Assembly (NCBI GenBank): GCA_965202625.1
Contig: CBDBBI010000010.1
Coordinates: 2,592,001 to 2,656,000, forward strand
Direction: 5' to 3'
DNA length: 64,000 nt
DNA from: a bacterium
GTDB lineage: Bacteria > UBA8248
The position numbers and the translations under genes were made by a program. Positions 8,607 to 18,758 of this stretch are shown one piece after another (the stretch's first letter is position 1; every line of letters begins with the position of its first letter). The notes under the pieces were generated by a model, which saw nothing but the letters and a program-made list of their open reading frames with translations, searched no databases and had not been told where the DNA came from.

Positions 8607-10799
8607 ATGTCGGGCGCGTGGACGAGAGGCTTTGGAGGAATGATCGAGCGATGGAGCGGGCGGAGGACGCCGACGCGGGAGGGGAATGGCTCCACGCGCT
8701 CACGCATCGCCCAGTCGCGCCGGGCGAACCGCAAGTTCCAGTATTATACGATAGCCTGGACGTTCGTTTTGATCCTTATATTGGGTTTTCTCTCGTATCG
8801 AATCTACGTTGACGCCAAAGCAGAGATCGAGGAGAGGTTCAACCGCCAGCAGCTTCTTTACGTGGAGCAGGCTGGCGACCGAATCGCTTCCTTTCTGGAG
8901 GCACTCACAGCCTCTCTACGTTACAGCGCGGGTTTTCTGCGCACCATCGAACCCCATCACCCGGGCAGAATGGCGGCGATGGCGGGCTTGTATGAAAGGT
9001 TGGGCGGGAGATTTCGAGTGAGCGAGGTGGGCTACCTACAGGAGGGCGGTGAGCCAAGCACAGGCATGTCTGAAGAATATCTCGAAAAGTTGTCGCGCTG
9101 CGCCCGTCGGGAGGACGCCTGCCTCCTCATCGTTCGGAATGCGGCGGAAAGGGTCGTCTCCCTGTTCGCTGCGGCGCCCGTGGCGCCCGATAGGGACGGG
9201 CTAAAGCGCGATTGGCTCTACGCGCGGGTCTCCATGGCGGATCTGGCGCATTCCTTTGTTCGGCCCGCCCAATCGGGAAGCCGGGGCCGGGCGTGGCTCG
9301 TTGATGGCGGGGGGCGGATCATCCTCGCTCCGGACATCCCCCGGCTGGAGGGCATCAATCTTTCCGCTCTCGCGAGCGGGTTGGGGGATGAGCGGCTCGA
9401 AAGAATCGCCCAGCGGATGAGGAAAGAAGACGACGGGTTTGACTGGCACCTGGACCTCAGACCCGAACAGAAAAAGAAGGGCCGGCGATACATCACGGCG
9501 TTCAGCAACTTCTCGGCGGGAGAGGAGAAGTGGACTTTCGCTCTCACCGCGCCGTCTTCTGAGTTCGTCGGGCTGATCAGGCGCGGATTCCGAAAGGGTC
9601 TGCTCCTGACTGGTTTCGGTTTCATCGCTTTGATTCTGGCCGCCTTTTTGATACTCGATCGAGAGCGCAGACGCATACGCGCTGAAGATAGGATGCACTG
9701 GTCCGAGCAGGTCCTGCAGAGTAACAGGCGACTTGAGGCGCTGTTCGACGGCATCACGGACGCCATTTGCATTCTGGACAGGGATTTTCGCATTCGAACC
9801 CTCAACTGTTCGATGGCCCGGCTCTTCGGTCGCGAGATATCGGAGTTGCCGGATCAGAAATGGGAGGCGTCTCCACATACCAAGGTACCGGAGGCTTTCG
9901 TGGAGCGATCCTTGGTCAGCGATACGCTGGAGACCGGCGAGCCAGGCTTTCTCGAAAAATCAGTTTCCGGGTCCAATGGGAGACGAATGGATATGGAATA
10001 TTATACTTATCCAATTCTTGACGCTTCCGGTTCGACGCGGCAAGCCGTTTTGTATTTGAAGGACGTGACCGAGCGCAAGGCGCTTGAGAAGGAGGTTCTC
10101 CGACGTGACAGGCTCTCGATCGTCGGCAAGATGAGTGCCCAAGTAGCGCACGCGATACGCAATCCGCTTTCTGCCATCAACCTGAACGCGGAATTGCTCG
10201 GGGACGAGTTGTCACAATTCAAAGGGGTGGACGCCTCGGAGGCGTGGGCGCTGCTCAAGTCCGTCAAGGCGGAGGTTGACGTTCTCAGCCAAGTGACGGC
10301 GGATTACCTTAAATTCGTGCGGATGCCGTGTCAGGAGAGAACTCCGGTCGATTGCAACGAAATGATCGAGGATTTACTGCGCTTCCACGCTGAGGTGGCG
10401 GCGGGCCGAAAAATTCGGATCGAGAAGGAACTGGAGGAGGGCGTCCCCGAGGTCGTCCTGGACGAGGCGCAGATGCGCGTGGCGATTCAGAACCTGATCC
10501 TCAACGGGTTTGACGCGATGCCTGATGGTGGTCGTCTTCTAGTGAGGACCGAATCGGCAAATCAGCGTCTCGCCATCCAGATATCGGACAGCGGCACTGG
10601 AATCAGCGTAAAGAACCAGGCCTCTTTGTTCACGCCGTTTTTCACGACGAAGGCCAATGGCACCGGTCTCGGCCTTGTGCTGAGCCAACAGATCATCACA
10701 GAGCACGAAGGAACTATCCGCTTCGAGAGTGAAGAGGGGGGGGGCGCCGTTTTCATCGTTGAATTGCCGATCTCTGCCGCCCAGGGGACTAGAGCGTGA
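8607..10799 (+). CDS. Membrane sensor histidine kinase (periplasmic Cache-like, PAS, HisKA, HATPase)
   Basis: Two TM segments, PAS-like region, H-box AHAIRNPL, NLILNG, DSGTGI, FFTTK, GTGLGL. Confidence 0.92.
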   Translation: MSGAWTRGFGGMIERWSGRRTPTREGNGSTRSRIAQSRRANRKFQYYTIAWTFVLILILGFLSYRIYVDAKAEIEERFNRQQLLYVEQAGDRIASFLEALTASLRYSAGFLRTIEPHHPGRMAAMAGLYERLGGRFRVSEVGYLQEGGEPSTGMSEEYLEKLSRCARREDACLLIVRNAAERVVSLFAAAPVAPDRDGLKRDWLYARVSMADLAHSFVRPAQSGSRGRAWLVDGGGRIILAPDIPRLEGINLSALASGLGDERLERIAQRMRKEDDGFDWHLDLRPEQKKKGRRYITAFSNFSAGEEKWTFALTAPSSEFVGLIRRGFRKGLLLTGFGFIALILAAFLILDRERRRIRAEDRMHWSEQVLQSNRRLEALFDGITDAICILDRDFRIRTLNCSMARLFGREISELPDQKWEASPHTKVPEAFVERSLVSDTLETGEPGFLEKSVSGSNGRRMDMEYYTYPILDASGSTRQAVLYLKDVTERKALEKEVLRRDRLSIVGKMSAQVAHAIRNPLSAINLNAELLGDELSQFKGVDASEAWALLKSVKAEVDVLSQVTADYLKFVRMPCQERTPVDCNEMIEDLLRFHAEVAAGRKIRIEKELEEGVPEVVLDEAQMRVAIQNLILNGFDAMPDGGRLLVRTESANQRLAIQISDSGTGISVKNQASLFTPFFTTKANGTGLGLVLSQQIITEHEGTIRFESEEGGGAVFIVELPISAAQGTRA

Positions 10800-12175
10800 G
10801 CGGTGCGGATGGCGCGCGCGTCTTGGTGGTGGACGATAAGCGCGGCAGTCGGGAAGCCCTCCTGAAGATGATTGCCAAGGAGGGATTCGACGTCGCCATG
10901 GCCCATGACGCAGAAATCGCCGCCGAGATGTTCGCGGCAGAGCCGGCGAATCTTGTGATCACTGACCTCCGGATGCCCGGCATGGACGGCATCGGCTTGC
11001 TAAAGGAGATCAAGCGCGTTAGCCCGGACACGGAGGTGATTCTGATCTCTGGTGCCGGAAGCATCGAGTCAGCCGTCGAGGCGATGCGCGAAGGAGCGTA
11101 TGACTTTCTCACCAAGCCTCTGGAGCGTGTGGTCGTCCTCAAGGCGATAGACAAGGCCTTCGAAAAACAGGCGCTCAAGCGTGAGAACGCGGACCTGAGG
11201 GCGCAGCTGCAACGTCTCAAGGACGCTTCGGGCATGATGGGGAACCATCCCTCGATTCGCCGGGTGAAGGAGATGGTGCGCCAGGTAGCGCCCACGTCCG
11301 CCACGGTGCTCATTTTGGGCGAAAGCGGAACGGGCAAGGAACTGGTGGCGAGCGCCCTGCACGAGACGAGCGAAAGAGCGGCCAAGGCCATGGTGAAAGT
11401 TAACTGCGCCGCCCTTCCCGATACCCTTCTGGAGAGCGAGCTGTTTGGATACGAGCGCGGAGCGTTCACCGGCGCGACTGGCCGAAAGGAGGGCCGCTTC
11501 AAACTTGCGGACGAGGGTACGCTCTTTCTTGATGAGATCGGGGACATGCCCCTCCCCCTTCAGCCTAAAATTCTTCGTGTCCTCCAGGAGGGCGAGTTCG
11601 AGCGCGTCGGCGGAACGGAGACGCTGAAGGCGGATGTGCGAATCGTGGCTTCGACCAACGCCGACCTGCAAACTGCCGTGGCCGAGAGGAGGTTTCGGGA
11701 GGACCTTTACTATCGCCTGAACGTGATCACCATCCATCTCCCCCCACTGCGGGATCGTCGCAGCGACGTCCCCCTGCTCGCCGAACATTTCCTCCAGCGT
11801 TACGCGGCGAAGAATAATCGCCCCGTTCTCGCGTTCTCGCGCGAGGCGCTCGATGCGATGTCGAACTATGGTTGGCCGGGAAACGTACGCGAACTCGAAA
11901 ACGCCGTCGAACGCGCCGTGGTGTTGAGCCAGGGGGAAATTCTGTCGGTTGACGACCTCCCGGCGCGCGTTGCCCAGGATGGGCGTTTGGGAGAGGAGTA
12001 TCGAATGGCGTCGGACGCGCCAATCATCAACTTGGCGGTGGGTGCTTCACTCGCCGACGTGGAGCGGCAGGTGATTCTGGAGACCCTCCGATACACGGGT
12101 GGGGACAAAAGCGCCGCCGCCCGCCTCTTGGGAATCGCCACGCGCACTATTTACCGCAAGCTGGGCGGGGGGTGA
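10796..12175 (+). CDS. Sigma-54-dependent response regulator (NtrC/AtoC family)
   Basis: Receiver VVDD..TDLRMP, Walker A GESGTGKE, GAFTGA, WPGNVRELEN, C-terminal HTH. Confidence 0.95.
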   Translation: MSGADGARVLVVDDKRGSREALLKMIAKEGFDVAMAHDAEIAAEMFAAEPANLVITDLRMPGMDGIGLLKEIKRVSPDTEVILISGAGSIESAVEAMREGAYDFLTKPLERVVVLKAIDKAFEKQALKRENADLRAQLQRLKDASGMMGNHPSIRRVKEMVRQVAPTSATVLILGESGTGKELVASALHETSERAAKAMVKVNCAALPDTLLESELFGYERGAFTGATGRKEGRFKLADEGTLFLDEIGDMPLPLQPKILRVLQEGEFERVGGTETLKADVRIVASTNADLQTAVAERRFREDLYYRLNVITIHLPPLRDRRSDVPLLAEHFLQRYAAKNNRPVLAFSREALDAMSNYGWPGNVRELENAVERAVVLSQGEILSVDDLPARVAQDGRLGEEYRMASDAPIINLAVGASLADVERQVILETLRYTGGDKSAAARLLGIATRTIYRKLGGG

Positions 12176-12243
12176 TCTCCGCCTGCTTCATGTGTAGATT
12201 GTGGTAAGCTGCGTACGGAGACGCTTTCGTGGGGGTTTCGCCG

Positions 12244-12897
12244 ATGCGAGGTTGCTTCATCACGTTCGAAGGGGTGGAGGGTTGTGGAAAATCCACCCAG
12301 ATGGCGCGTCTGCGGGCGTGGATGGAGGAAGCGGGCCTTCCCGTCCTCGCCACGCGAGAGCCCGGGGGGACGCGGATAGGAGAGGGAATTCGGAGCCTGC
12401 TCCTCGCTCCGCGTGATGAGGTAATTGAGGCGGAGACGGAACTTCTGCTCTATGAGGCGGACAGGGCACAGCACGCAAGGGAGGTAATTCGGCCGGCGCT
12501 TTCGGCGGGACGCCATGTCCTTTGCGACAGGTTTTTTGACTCCACGACGGCCTACCAGGCGTATGGGCGAGGCTTGGATGCGCGGATGGTGCGGGAGTTG
12601 AACCAGCTGGCGAGCGGGGGGATCGTCCCCGACCTGACCCTGCTATTCTCTGTGTCGTTGAAGGAGGGCCTCGGGCGGGCGCGGAGGGGAGGCGCGGGGG
12701 ATCGGCTAGAGGACGAGAGCCTGGCATTTCACCGAAGAGTAGAGGCCGGCTTCGCCGCGCTCGCCGAACGGGAGCCGAAACGTTTTCGCGTGTTGGGCGA
12801 GGGTAAGGCACACGGAGTGCATGAGGAAGTCATAGCCATCTTGAAGGATAGGTTTGAATGGGTTGGAAATCCATCCGCGGCCAGAACGCGGCCTTAA
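12244..12897 (+). CDS. tmk: Thymidylate kinase
   Basis: FITFEGVEGCGKSTQ, TREPGGT, CDRFFDSTTAYQ. Confidence 0.95.
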   Translation: MRGCFITFEGVEGCGKSTQMARLRAWMEEAGLPVLATREPGGTRIGEGIRSLLLAPRDEVIEAETELLLYEADRAQHAREVIRPALSAGRHVLCDRFFDSTTAYQAYGRGLDARMVRELNQLASGGIVPDLTLLFSVSLKEGLGRARRGGAGDRLEDESLAFHRRVEAGFAALAEREPKRFRVLGEGKAHGVHEEVIAILKDRFEWVGNPSAARTRP

Positions 12898-13883
12898 GTC
12901 TGTTGCGAAGGGATGTCTCGTCCGGACGAGTGGCGGGCGCCTACCTTTTTCATGGCCCCGATGGGGTCGGTAAGGCGAGCGCGGCGCGTCTTTTCGCCCA
13001 GGCCCTACAATGCGGGGGGGGTGCCCCGCCCTGTGGGGATTGCCGTGCTTGCGAGAAGGTGGGCGCGAACGCGCATCCGGACGTTATCACCATCGGCCCG
13101 GCTGCGGAGTCGCGCTCCATCAAAGCGGAACTCGTCCGGGAGGAGGTGATATGGCGCGCCCACCAGCGTCCGCATGAGGGGATGCGACAGATTTTCATCG
13201 TCGAGGACGCGCACTTGCTGACGCGCGTGAGCCAAAACGCACTGCTCAAGACATTGGAGGAGCCGAGCACCGGGACGGTACTGATTCTCGTAACCCCCAA
13301 CTTCCATACGCTGTTGCCGACCGTCGTCTCGCGGTGTAGGAGGCTCAGGTTCCAGTCTCTCTCTCGCGCGGACCTGGTCGCTATCCTTGAGGAGCGGCGC
13401 GGGGGAGACACCGAGGATGCGGACAGGCTCGTCTCCCTTAGTATGGGAAGGTTGGGAGTTGCCATGTCTGCGGACGCCGGAATCCTCTCGGAGCGCAGAA
13501 ACGCGGCCATGGGGTTTCTTGAGGAGTTGAGCGCGCCTATGGCCCAGGCGGACGAAGCGGCCCTCATCACGCTTGCCTCCGAACGAGCGGGGAGCGGGGC
13601 TTCGGGGAGAAACGAGACGATTCTCTTTTTGGAAATGCTTCAAGGGCTGCTTCGCGATATACTTATCACCCAAGAGGCACCCGGGACGCTCAAGTTGTGG
13701 CATACGGACGTTCAGGCGGTTCTGGCGGAAATGGGAGCGTGTTGGGGGGGCGTTGGCCTCACGAGGGCCCTTGAAAGAGTGGGCCAGGCGGTTCGAGACG
13801 TGGGAGTTGGAAACACGAACCCATCCCTCACGCTTGAGACGTTGGTGTATTCACTGCGGGAGACGGTTCCCGCCAGAGTTTGA
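12858..13883 (+). CDS. holB: DNA polymerase III delta' subunit
   Basis: AYLFHGPDGVGK, Zn CGDCRAC, HPD, NALLKTLEEP, SRC; follows tmk. Confidence 0.92.
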   Translation: MGWKSIRGQNAALSLLRRDVSSGRVAGAYLFHGPDGVGKASAARLFAQALQCGGGAPPCGDCRACEKVGANAHPDVITIGPAAESRSIKAELVREEVIWRAHQRPHEGMRQIFIVEDAHLLTRVSQNALLKTLEEPSTGTVLILVTPNFHTLLPTVVSRCRRLRFQSLSRADLVAILEERRGGDTEDADRLVSLSMGRLGVAMSADAGILSERRNAAMGFLEELSAPMAQADEAALITLASERAGSGASGRNETILFLEMLQGLLRDILITQEAPGTLKLWHTDVQAVLAEMGACWGGVGLTRALERVGQAVRDVGVGNTNPSLTLETLVYSLRETVPARV

Positions 13884-13893
13884 GGACGAGGAG

Positions 13894-14826
13894 ATGACCG
13901 AGGCACCAAGCAGCGGGGTGGCGACGCCGCCGCGAAAAATTCGGGTGGTGGGGGTAAAAACGCGCCTCGGCGCCCGCCCTATACCCCACACTTATGGAGA
14001 TTTGCGCCTGCGGGTGGGCGTGAGGATCATGCGCAAGACTACTGGCGGGGATATGGAGTTCGGTGAGGTGTCCGAGAATCCCCGAATGATGGATGCGCGC
14101 TACTATCCAAACCCTCTTCCGGAGGTCGTGCGGGTAGCCACCGAGGAGGATGAGAAAAAAGTGGCGCGCGCCGAGGAGAGCGAGAGAGGTGCCTATGATT
14201 TTTGCAGGACGAAGATCCAGGAATTGCGGCTGCCGATGCGCCTCATTCGGGTTCGGTACCTTCATTCCAACTCGAACAAGAAGGCGACGTTTTATTTTTC
14301 CGCCGATGGGCGCGTGGATTTCAGAAAGCTCGTGAGGGTGCTCTCCGAGCGGCTCGCCGTTCGCGTGGAGATGCGCCAGATCGGCGTTCGGGACGAGGCG
14401 GGGATGAAGGGTGGCTGCGGAGATTGTGGACGCACTTATTGCTGTAGCTCCTTTCTCAAGTCGTTCGACCCCGTTTCCGTTCGCATGGCGAAGGATCAGA
14501 ATTTGAGCCTGAATCCCGTCAAACTCTCTGGCGGTTGTGGAAGACTCAAGTGCTGCCTGCGCTTCGAGCATTCCCATTACGTGTCGGTGAAGAAGAAGCT
14601 TCCCATGTGCAAGAAGAAGGTCGGCGGCTGCAGTTGCGGCGCGACGGTCGTCCGCCAGGACCTTCTGCGCGAGGAGGTGACCCTTGCCCTGGAAACCGGA
14701 GATTTTATGACGGTGGGCGCAGATGATTTGACGCGCTTGCCCACCGGCCAGTATTCTCTGAAAAACGTGGTCGAGAAAGACGAGGCCGGCGGCGCGCGTT
14801 CCGGAGGAGCCGGCCCGATAAAATGA
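13894..14826 (+). CDS. ricT: PSP1-domain Fe-S protein (RicT/YaaT family)
   Basis: FYFSADGRVDFRKLV, EMRQIGVRDEA, CGRTYCC, MAKDQNLSLNPVKLSGGCGRLKCCL; holB-ricT-metG synteny. Confidence 0.88.
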   Translation: MTEAPSSGVATPPRKIRVVGVKTRLGARPIPHTYGDLRLRVGVRIMRKTTGGDMEFGEVSENPRMMDARYYPNPLPEVVRVATEEDEKKVARAEESERGAYDFCRTKIQELRLPMRLIRVRYLHSNSNKKATFYFSADGRVDFRKLVRVLSERLAVRVEMRQIGVRDEAGMKGGCGDCGRTYCCSSFLKSFDPVSVRMAKDQNLSLNPVKLSGGCGRLKCCLRFEHSHYVSVKKKLPMCKKKVGGCSCGATVVRQDLLREEVTLALETGDFMTVGADDLTRLPTGQYSLKNVVEKDEAGGARSGGAGPIK

Positions 14827-16772
14827 GCAAAAAACCTTTCTACGTCTCCACACCTATTTATTACGTCAACGACAAGCCGCATTTGGGCCATGCTTATACG
14901 ACGGTGGCGTGCGACGCCAAGGCCCGCTTTCATAGGCTGAGGGGTGAGTCGATCCGGTTTTTGACCGGAACCGACGAGCACGGTCAGAAGCTCGAGCGCG
15001 CCGCGCGCGCAGCAGGCATGGACCCTCTCGCATTTTGTGACATGAACAGCGCGAAATTCCGCGAACTCTGGGAGAAACTCGACGTTTCCTATGACGATTA
15101 CATCCGCACGACCGAGGAGCGCCACGTTCTCGGTGTTCAGGAGCTTTGGCGGCGGGTGGAGGCGGCGGGCGACATCTACTTGGGCGTCTACGCCGGATGG
15201 TACGCCGTTCGAGACGAGGCGTTCTATGCGGAGGGCGAGTTGGTCGAAGCTCCTGGAGGCGCGAAGCTGGCGCCTACGGGGGCCGAGGTTGAATGGGTGG
15301 AGGAGCCGAGCTATTTTTTTCGACTCAGCAAGTTCAAGCGCCCACTGCTGGAGCATTACGAGAAAAATCCCCAGTTCATTCAGCCTGAGAGCCGAAGAAA
15401 CGAGGTGATGAGCTTCGTCCGGGGCGGTCTGAAGGACCTCTCCCTCTCGCGCACGAGCTTTCGTTGGGGAATCCCCGTGCCGGGGGACGAGAAGCACATA
15501 ATTTACGTGTGGTTCGACGCGCTGAGCAATTATCTCACCGCTCCGGGTTTTGATGAAAACGGGGTGCGGGAGGGAAGCCCCTGGCCGCCGGACCAGCATT
15601 TCATCGGAAAGGACATTCTGAGGTTTCACGCGGTATATTGGCCTGCTTTCCTGCTCTCCGCCGGAATTCCACTTCCCACGCAGGTTTATAGCCATGGATG
15701 GTGGACGGTCGAGGGACAGAAGATGTCGAAAAGTCTGGGCAACGCGGTCGACCCGCATTGGCTCATTGAGGAATACGGCGTTGACGCCATCCGCTATTTC
15801 CTGTTGCGGGAAGTACCCTTCGGCCTAGACGGCGACTTCTCGCACGACGCCCTGATCGACCGAATCAACAGCGATCTGGCGAATGACCTCGGAAACCTGC
15901 TATATCGAACCCTGAACATGGTGAAGCGCTACAGGAATGGTCGTCTGCGCCGTTGCGAATCCTGCGAGTCCAGGGAGGAGGACGCGTTTTGCGACTTCGT
16001 CGCCGAGGCGGCGTCGAAATATCAGAGCGCCATGTTGGCGACCCGCTTTCAGAATGGACTGAGAGCCGCCTGGGAGGTGATTTCTCGCACCAACAAATAT
16101 ATCGACGCGAACGCCCCCTGGGCGCTTGCGAAACAAAAGAACGAGGCCCGCCTGGACGCGGTGCTCTGGCACGCGGCGGCGGCGATTCGCGTCGTGGCGG
16201 TGATGATATCTCCCGTCATGCCCGCATCCGCCCGAGAGATGGCGGCGCAGCTCGGCCTCGCCGCCGACTGGACGCGCGCGCCTTTCTCGGAGTTGCTGGA
16301 TGCCCGCGCTCTGCCGCGCGAGTTGCGCGCCAGGCTTGGGCGTCCGCTGTTTCCGCGCATCGAGGATGAGGCGAAGGCGTCCATCAAGGAGAAGGTGGCC
16401 AGACGCATCGCCGGAGGGGAGGAGCCTGCGTTCGAAGAGGATGAGAGGGTGCAAATATCGCTTGCGGAATTTCAAAGGATAGATTTACGCGCGGCCCAGA
16501 TCGTAGAGGCGGAGCGCATCGCTGGGTCGAAGAACCTTCTAAAGCTCACGGTCTCCCTCGGGGAGGAAACCCGCACCGTCGTGGCCGGCCTAGCGAAACA
16601 TTACGCGCTCGATGCGCTACCGGGCCGAAAGGTGATACTCGTGGCTAACCTCAAGCCCGCCAAACTGATGGGGGTGGAGTCGAAGGGCATGGTGCTCGCC
16701 GTCTCGGCGGGCGAGAAACTCTTGCTCCTCGGCGTGGACGAGCGCGCCGCACCGGGCGCGGCGATAGAGTAG
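14823..16772 (+). CDS. metG: Methionine--tRNA ligase
   Basis: TPIYYVNDKPHLGHAY, GTDEHGQK, KMSKS, C-terminal tRNA-binding OB domain. Confidence 0.97.
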   Translation: MSKKPFYVSTPIYYVNDKPHLGHAYTTVACDAKARFHRLRGESIRFLTGTDEHGQKLERAARAAGMDPLAFCDMNSAKFRELWEKLDVSYDDYIRTTEERHVLGVQELWRRVEAAGDIYLGVYAGWYAVRDEAFYAEGELVEAPGGAKLAPTGAEVEWVEEPSYFFRLSKFKRPLLEHYEKNPQFIQPESRRNEVMSFVRGGLKDLSLSRTSFRWGIPVPGDEKHIIYVWFDALSNYLTAPGFDENGVREGSPWPPDQHFIGKDILRFHAVYWPAFLLSAGIPLPTQVYSHGWWTVEGQKMSKSLGNAVDPHWLIEEYGVDAIRYFLLREVPFGLDGDFSHDALIDRINSDLANDLGNLLYRTLNMVKRYRNGRLRRCESCESREEDAFCDFVAEAASKYQSAMLATRFQNGLRAAWEVISRTNKYIDANAPWALAKQKNEARLDAVLWHAAAAIRVVAVMISPVMPASAREMAAQLGLAADWTRAPFSELLDARALPRELRARLGRPLFPRIEDEAKASIKEKVARRIAGGEEPAFEEDERVQISLAEFQRIDLRAAQIVEAERIAGSKNLLKLTVSLGEETRTVVAGLAKHYALDALPGRKVILVANLKPAKLMGVESKGMVLAVSAGEKLLLLGVDERAAPGAAIE

Positions 16773-16812
16773 GGGATGGGCGCGTCTTGGAGAGGGGATA
16801 GGAGTTCGTGGA

Positions 16813-18513
16813 GTGAGTGAATCGCCGGGATCCGGGCCTGGTCCATCGGATTCGGAAGAATCCCGCTCGCGGCCGGAAAGGTCGGGACGCCCCAATCGCC
16901 GTCGGCGCAGGCGGGGCCGAAGGGGGGGGAGTCGTCCTGAATCGGTCCCTCGGCCGGATGTATCCGCGGGCGCGGGCGTGCCCTTGGCGCGCGAGGGAAA
17001 CGTTAGGGCGAGGGGCACGGACGTCCGGCGTCGGCATCCTGGCCGTAGGAGGGGAGGCCGACGGCGAGCGGAGGGCGGAGGAAGCCCAAGGCCGCAAACT
17101 ATCATTGCCGCGCTTCCCGACACGAACGGGCTGCCCGTTCTGGTGGACACCCACGCCCATCTCATCGACAAGGCCTTCGCGCGGGACCGCCAAGGGGTGG
17201 TGGAGCGCGCCATCGAGGAGAGGGTGCACTACGTCATCTCGATGGGTACCTGCCTAGAGTCGAGCAAGAAAACCCTGGCGCTCGCCGCCTCCTACGCAGG
17301 CGTCTATGCGGCTGTCGGCGTTCATCCGAGCGACGTGGCGGGGGTGGGCGAGAGAACCATCAAGGGCGTCGCCAGACTCCTCGAGAACCCAAAGGCGGTC
17401 GGGGTCGGCGAGATTGGCCTTGACTACTATCGAGACGGCGCGCCTCGCAAGGTTCAGCAAAGGTGGTTTCGCGCGCAAGTCCGGCTCGCCGTTGAGACGG
17501 GCAAGCCCATCGTGGCGCATTGCCGGGACGCGGCCGAAGACGTCTACGCGATTCTGCAGGAGGAAAAGGCGTGGCGCGCGGGCGGGGTCATTCATTGCTT
17601 CACAGGAGATGACGAGCAGGCGCGAAAATTTCTGGACATTGACTTTCACTTAGGCGCGGGGGGCGCCATCACGTTCTCGCGAGCCGAGGCGCTCAGAGAT
17701 GTTTTTGAGCGTGTGCCGATAGAGCGCGTCCTTCTCGAGACGGACAGCCCGTATCTGACGCCTCCGCCCCACCGGGGCAAGCGAAACGAGCCCGCCTACC
17801 TCGCTCGGGTGGCGGACGCCTTCGCCGAGATTCACGGGGTATCGGCTGAGGAGGCGGCGCGCATCACCACGGAAAACGCTCGCCGCCTGTTCCGTATGGG
17901 GCCCGGGCGCGAGGAGGGGAGCGTCGCCTACCCGCTCGGACGCTCTCTGTATCTGAACGTCACGAACCGTTGCCAGAATGCGTGCTTCTATTGCGGTCTT
18001 TTGAGCGATCGCGTCTATAAGGGCCACAATTTAACCCTAGAGCGCGAGCCCGACGCGGCGGAGGTGCTCGCCGCCGCCGGCGACCCCTCGCGTTTCGAGG
18101 AGGTCGTATTCAGCGGATTCGGGGAGCCGACCTTGCGGTTCGACCTCCTCAAGGAGGTGGCCGGCGAATTGAGGCGACGCGGCGCGAAGCGAATACGCCT
18201 GGCGACGAACGGGCTGGCGAACAAGACGCACGGCAGAAACGTCCTGCCCGAGCTCCAGGGGCTGGTGGACGCGATATCGATCAGCATTCAGGCGGGCGAC
18301 CCTGAGGCGTACGTGAAAATCTGCAAGACGAAGGATATGGAGGAGCCCTACGCGCATGTGAGGGAGTTCGTGCGCTGGGCGAAGAACTATATTCCCGAGG
18401 TGGAGGCGACGGCCGTACGCATGTCGGGCCTGGTCGATATCGAGGCGTGCGAGAGGGCGGCTAAGGAGCTGGATGTGCCCTTCCGCGCCCACGATTATGT
18501 GCCGATGGATTAG
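16813..18513 (+). CDS. TatD-family nuclease fused to TatD-associated radical SAM domain, with Arg-rich N-terminal extension
   Basis: DTHAHL, GVHP, GEIGLDYY, HCF, ETDSPYL, then LYLNVTNRCQNACFYC (CxxxCxxC) and FSGFGEP. Confidence 0.9.
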   Translation: MSESPGSGPGPSDSEESRSRPERSGRPNRRRRRRGRRGGSRPESVPRPDVSAGAGVPLAREGNVRARGTDVRRRHPGRRRGGRRRAEGGGSPRPQTIIAALPDTNGLPVLVDTHAHLIDKAFARDRQGVVERAIEERVHYVISMGTCLESSKKTLALAASYAGVYAAVGVHPSDVAGVGERTIKGVARLLENPKAVGVGEIGLDYYRDGAPRKVQQRWFRAQVRLAVETGKPIVAHCRDAAEDVYAILQEEKAWRAGGVIHCFTGDDEQARKFLDIDFHLGAGGAITFSRAEALRDVFERVPIERVLLETDSPYLTPPPHRGKRNEPAYLARVADAFAEIHGVSAEEAARITTENARRLFRMGPGREEGSVAYPLGRSLYLNVTNRCQNACFYCGLLSDRVYKGHNLTLEREPDAAEVLAAAGDPSRFEEVVFSGFGEPTLRFDLLKEVAGELRRRGAKRIRLATNGLANKTHGRNVLPELQGLVDAISISIQAGDPEAYVKICKTKDMEEPYAHVREFVRWAKNYIPEVEATAVRMSGLVDIEACERAAKELDVPFRAHDYVPMD

Positions 18514-18758
18514 GGGACCGCAAGGGCAATGCGCCATGCCGTTCAAGGAGCGCGTATAGAGGTTTTCCGTGGATGACATCCCCCGAAACTAGGCGCGCGG
18601 AAGCAAATGCGCGATTTACGCTACAATGCTCCCGCGAATAACAAAGGGAGTCGTATAGGAAAATTGAGAAAAGTCATCGTCATGGAAGCGATTGTGGACT
18701 TTATGAGAAAGTATGTGGGGATGAAAGCGCCCTGCGCGCGATTCAAGGGAGACGCCTC

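Noticed and set aside
14577-15758. 393 aa minus-strand ORF and similar long overlapping ORFs (13828..14853, 54541..55506, 59348..60565)
   Set aside because: Shadows of ricT/metG, moaC/PIN-TRAM and rlmB/tRNAs.
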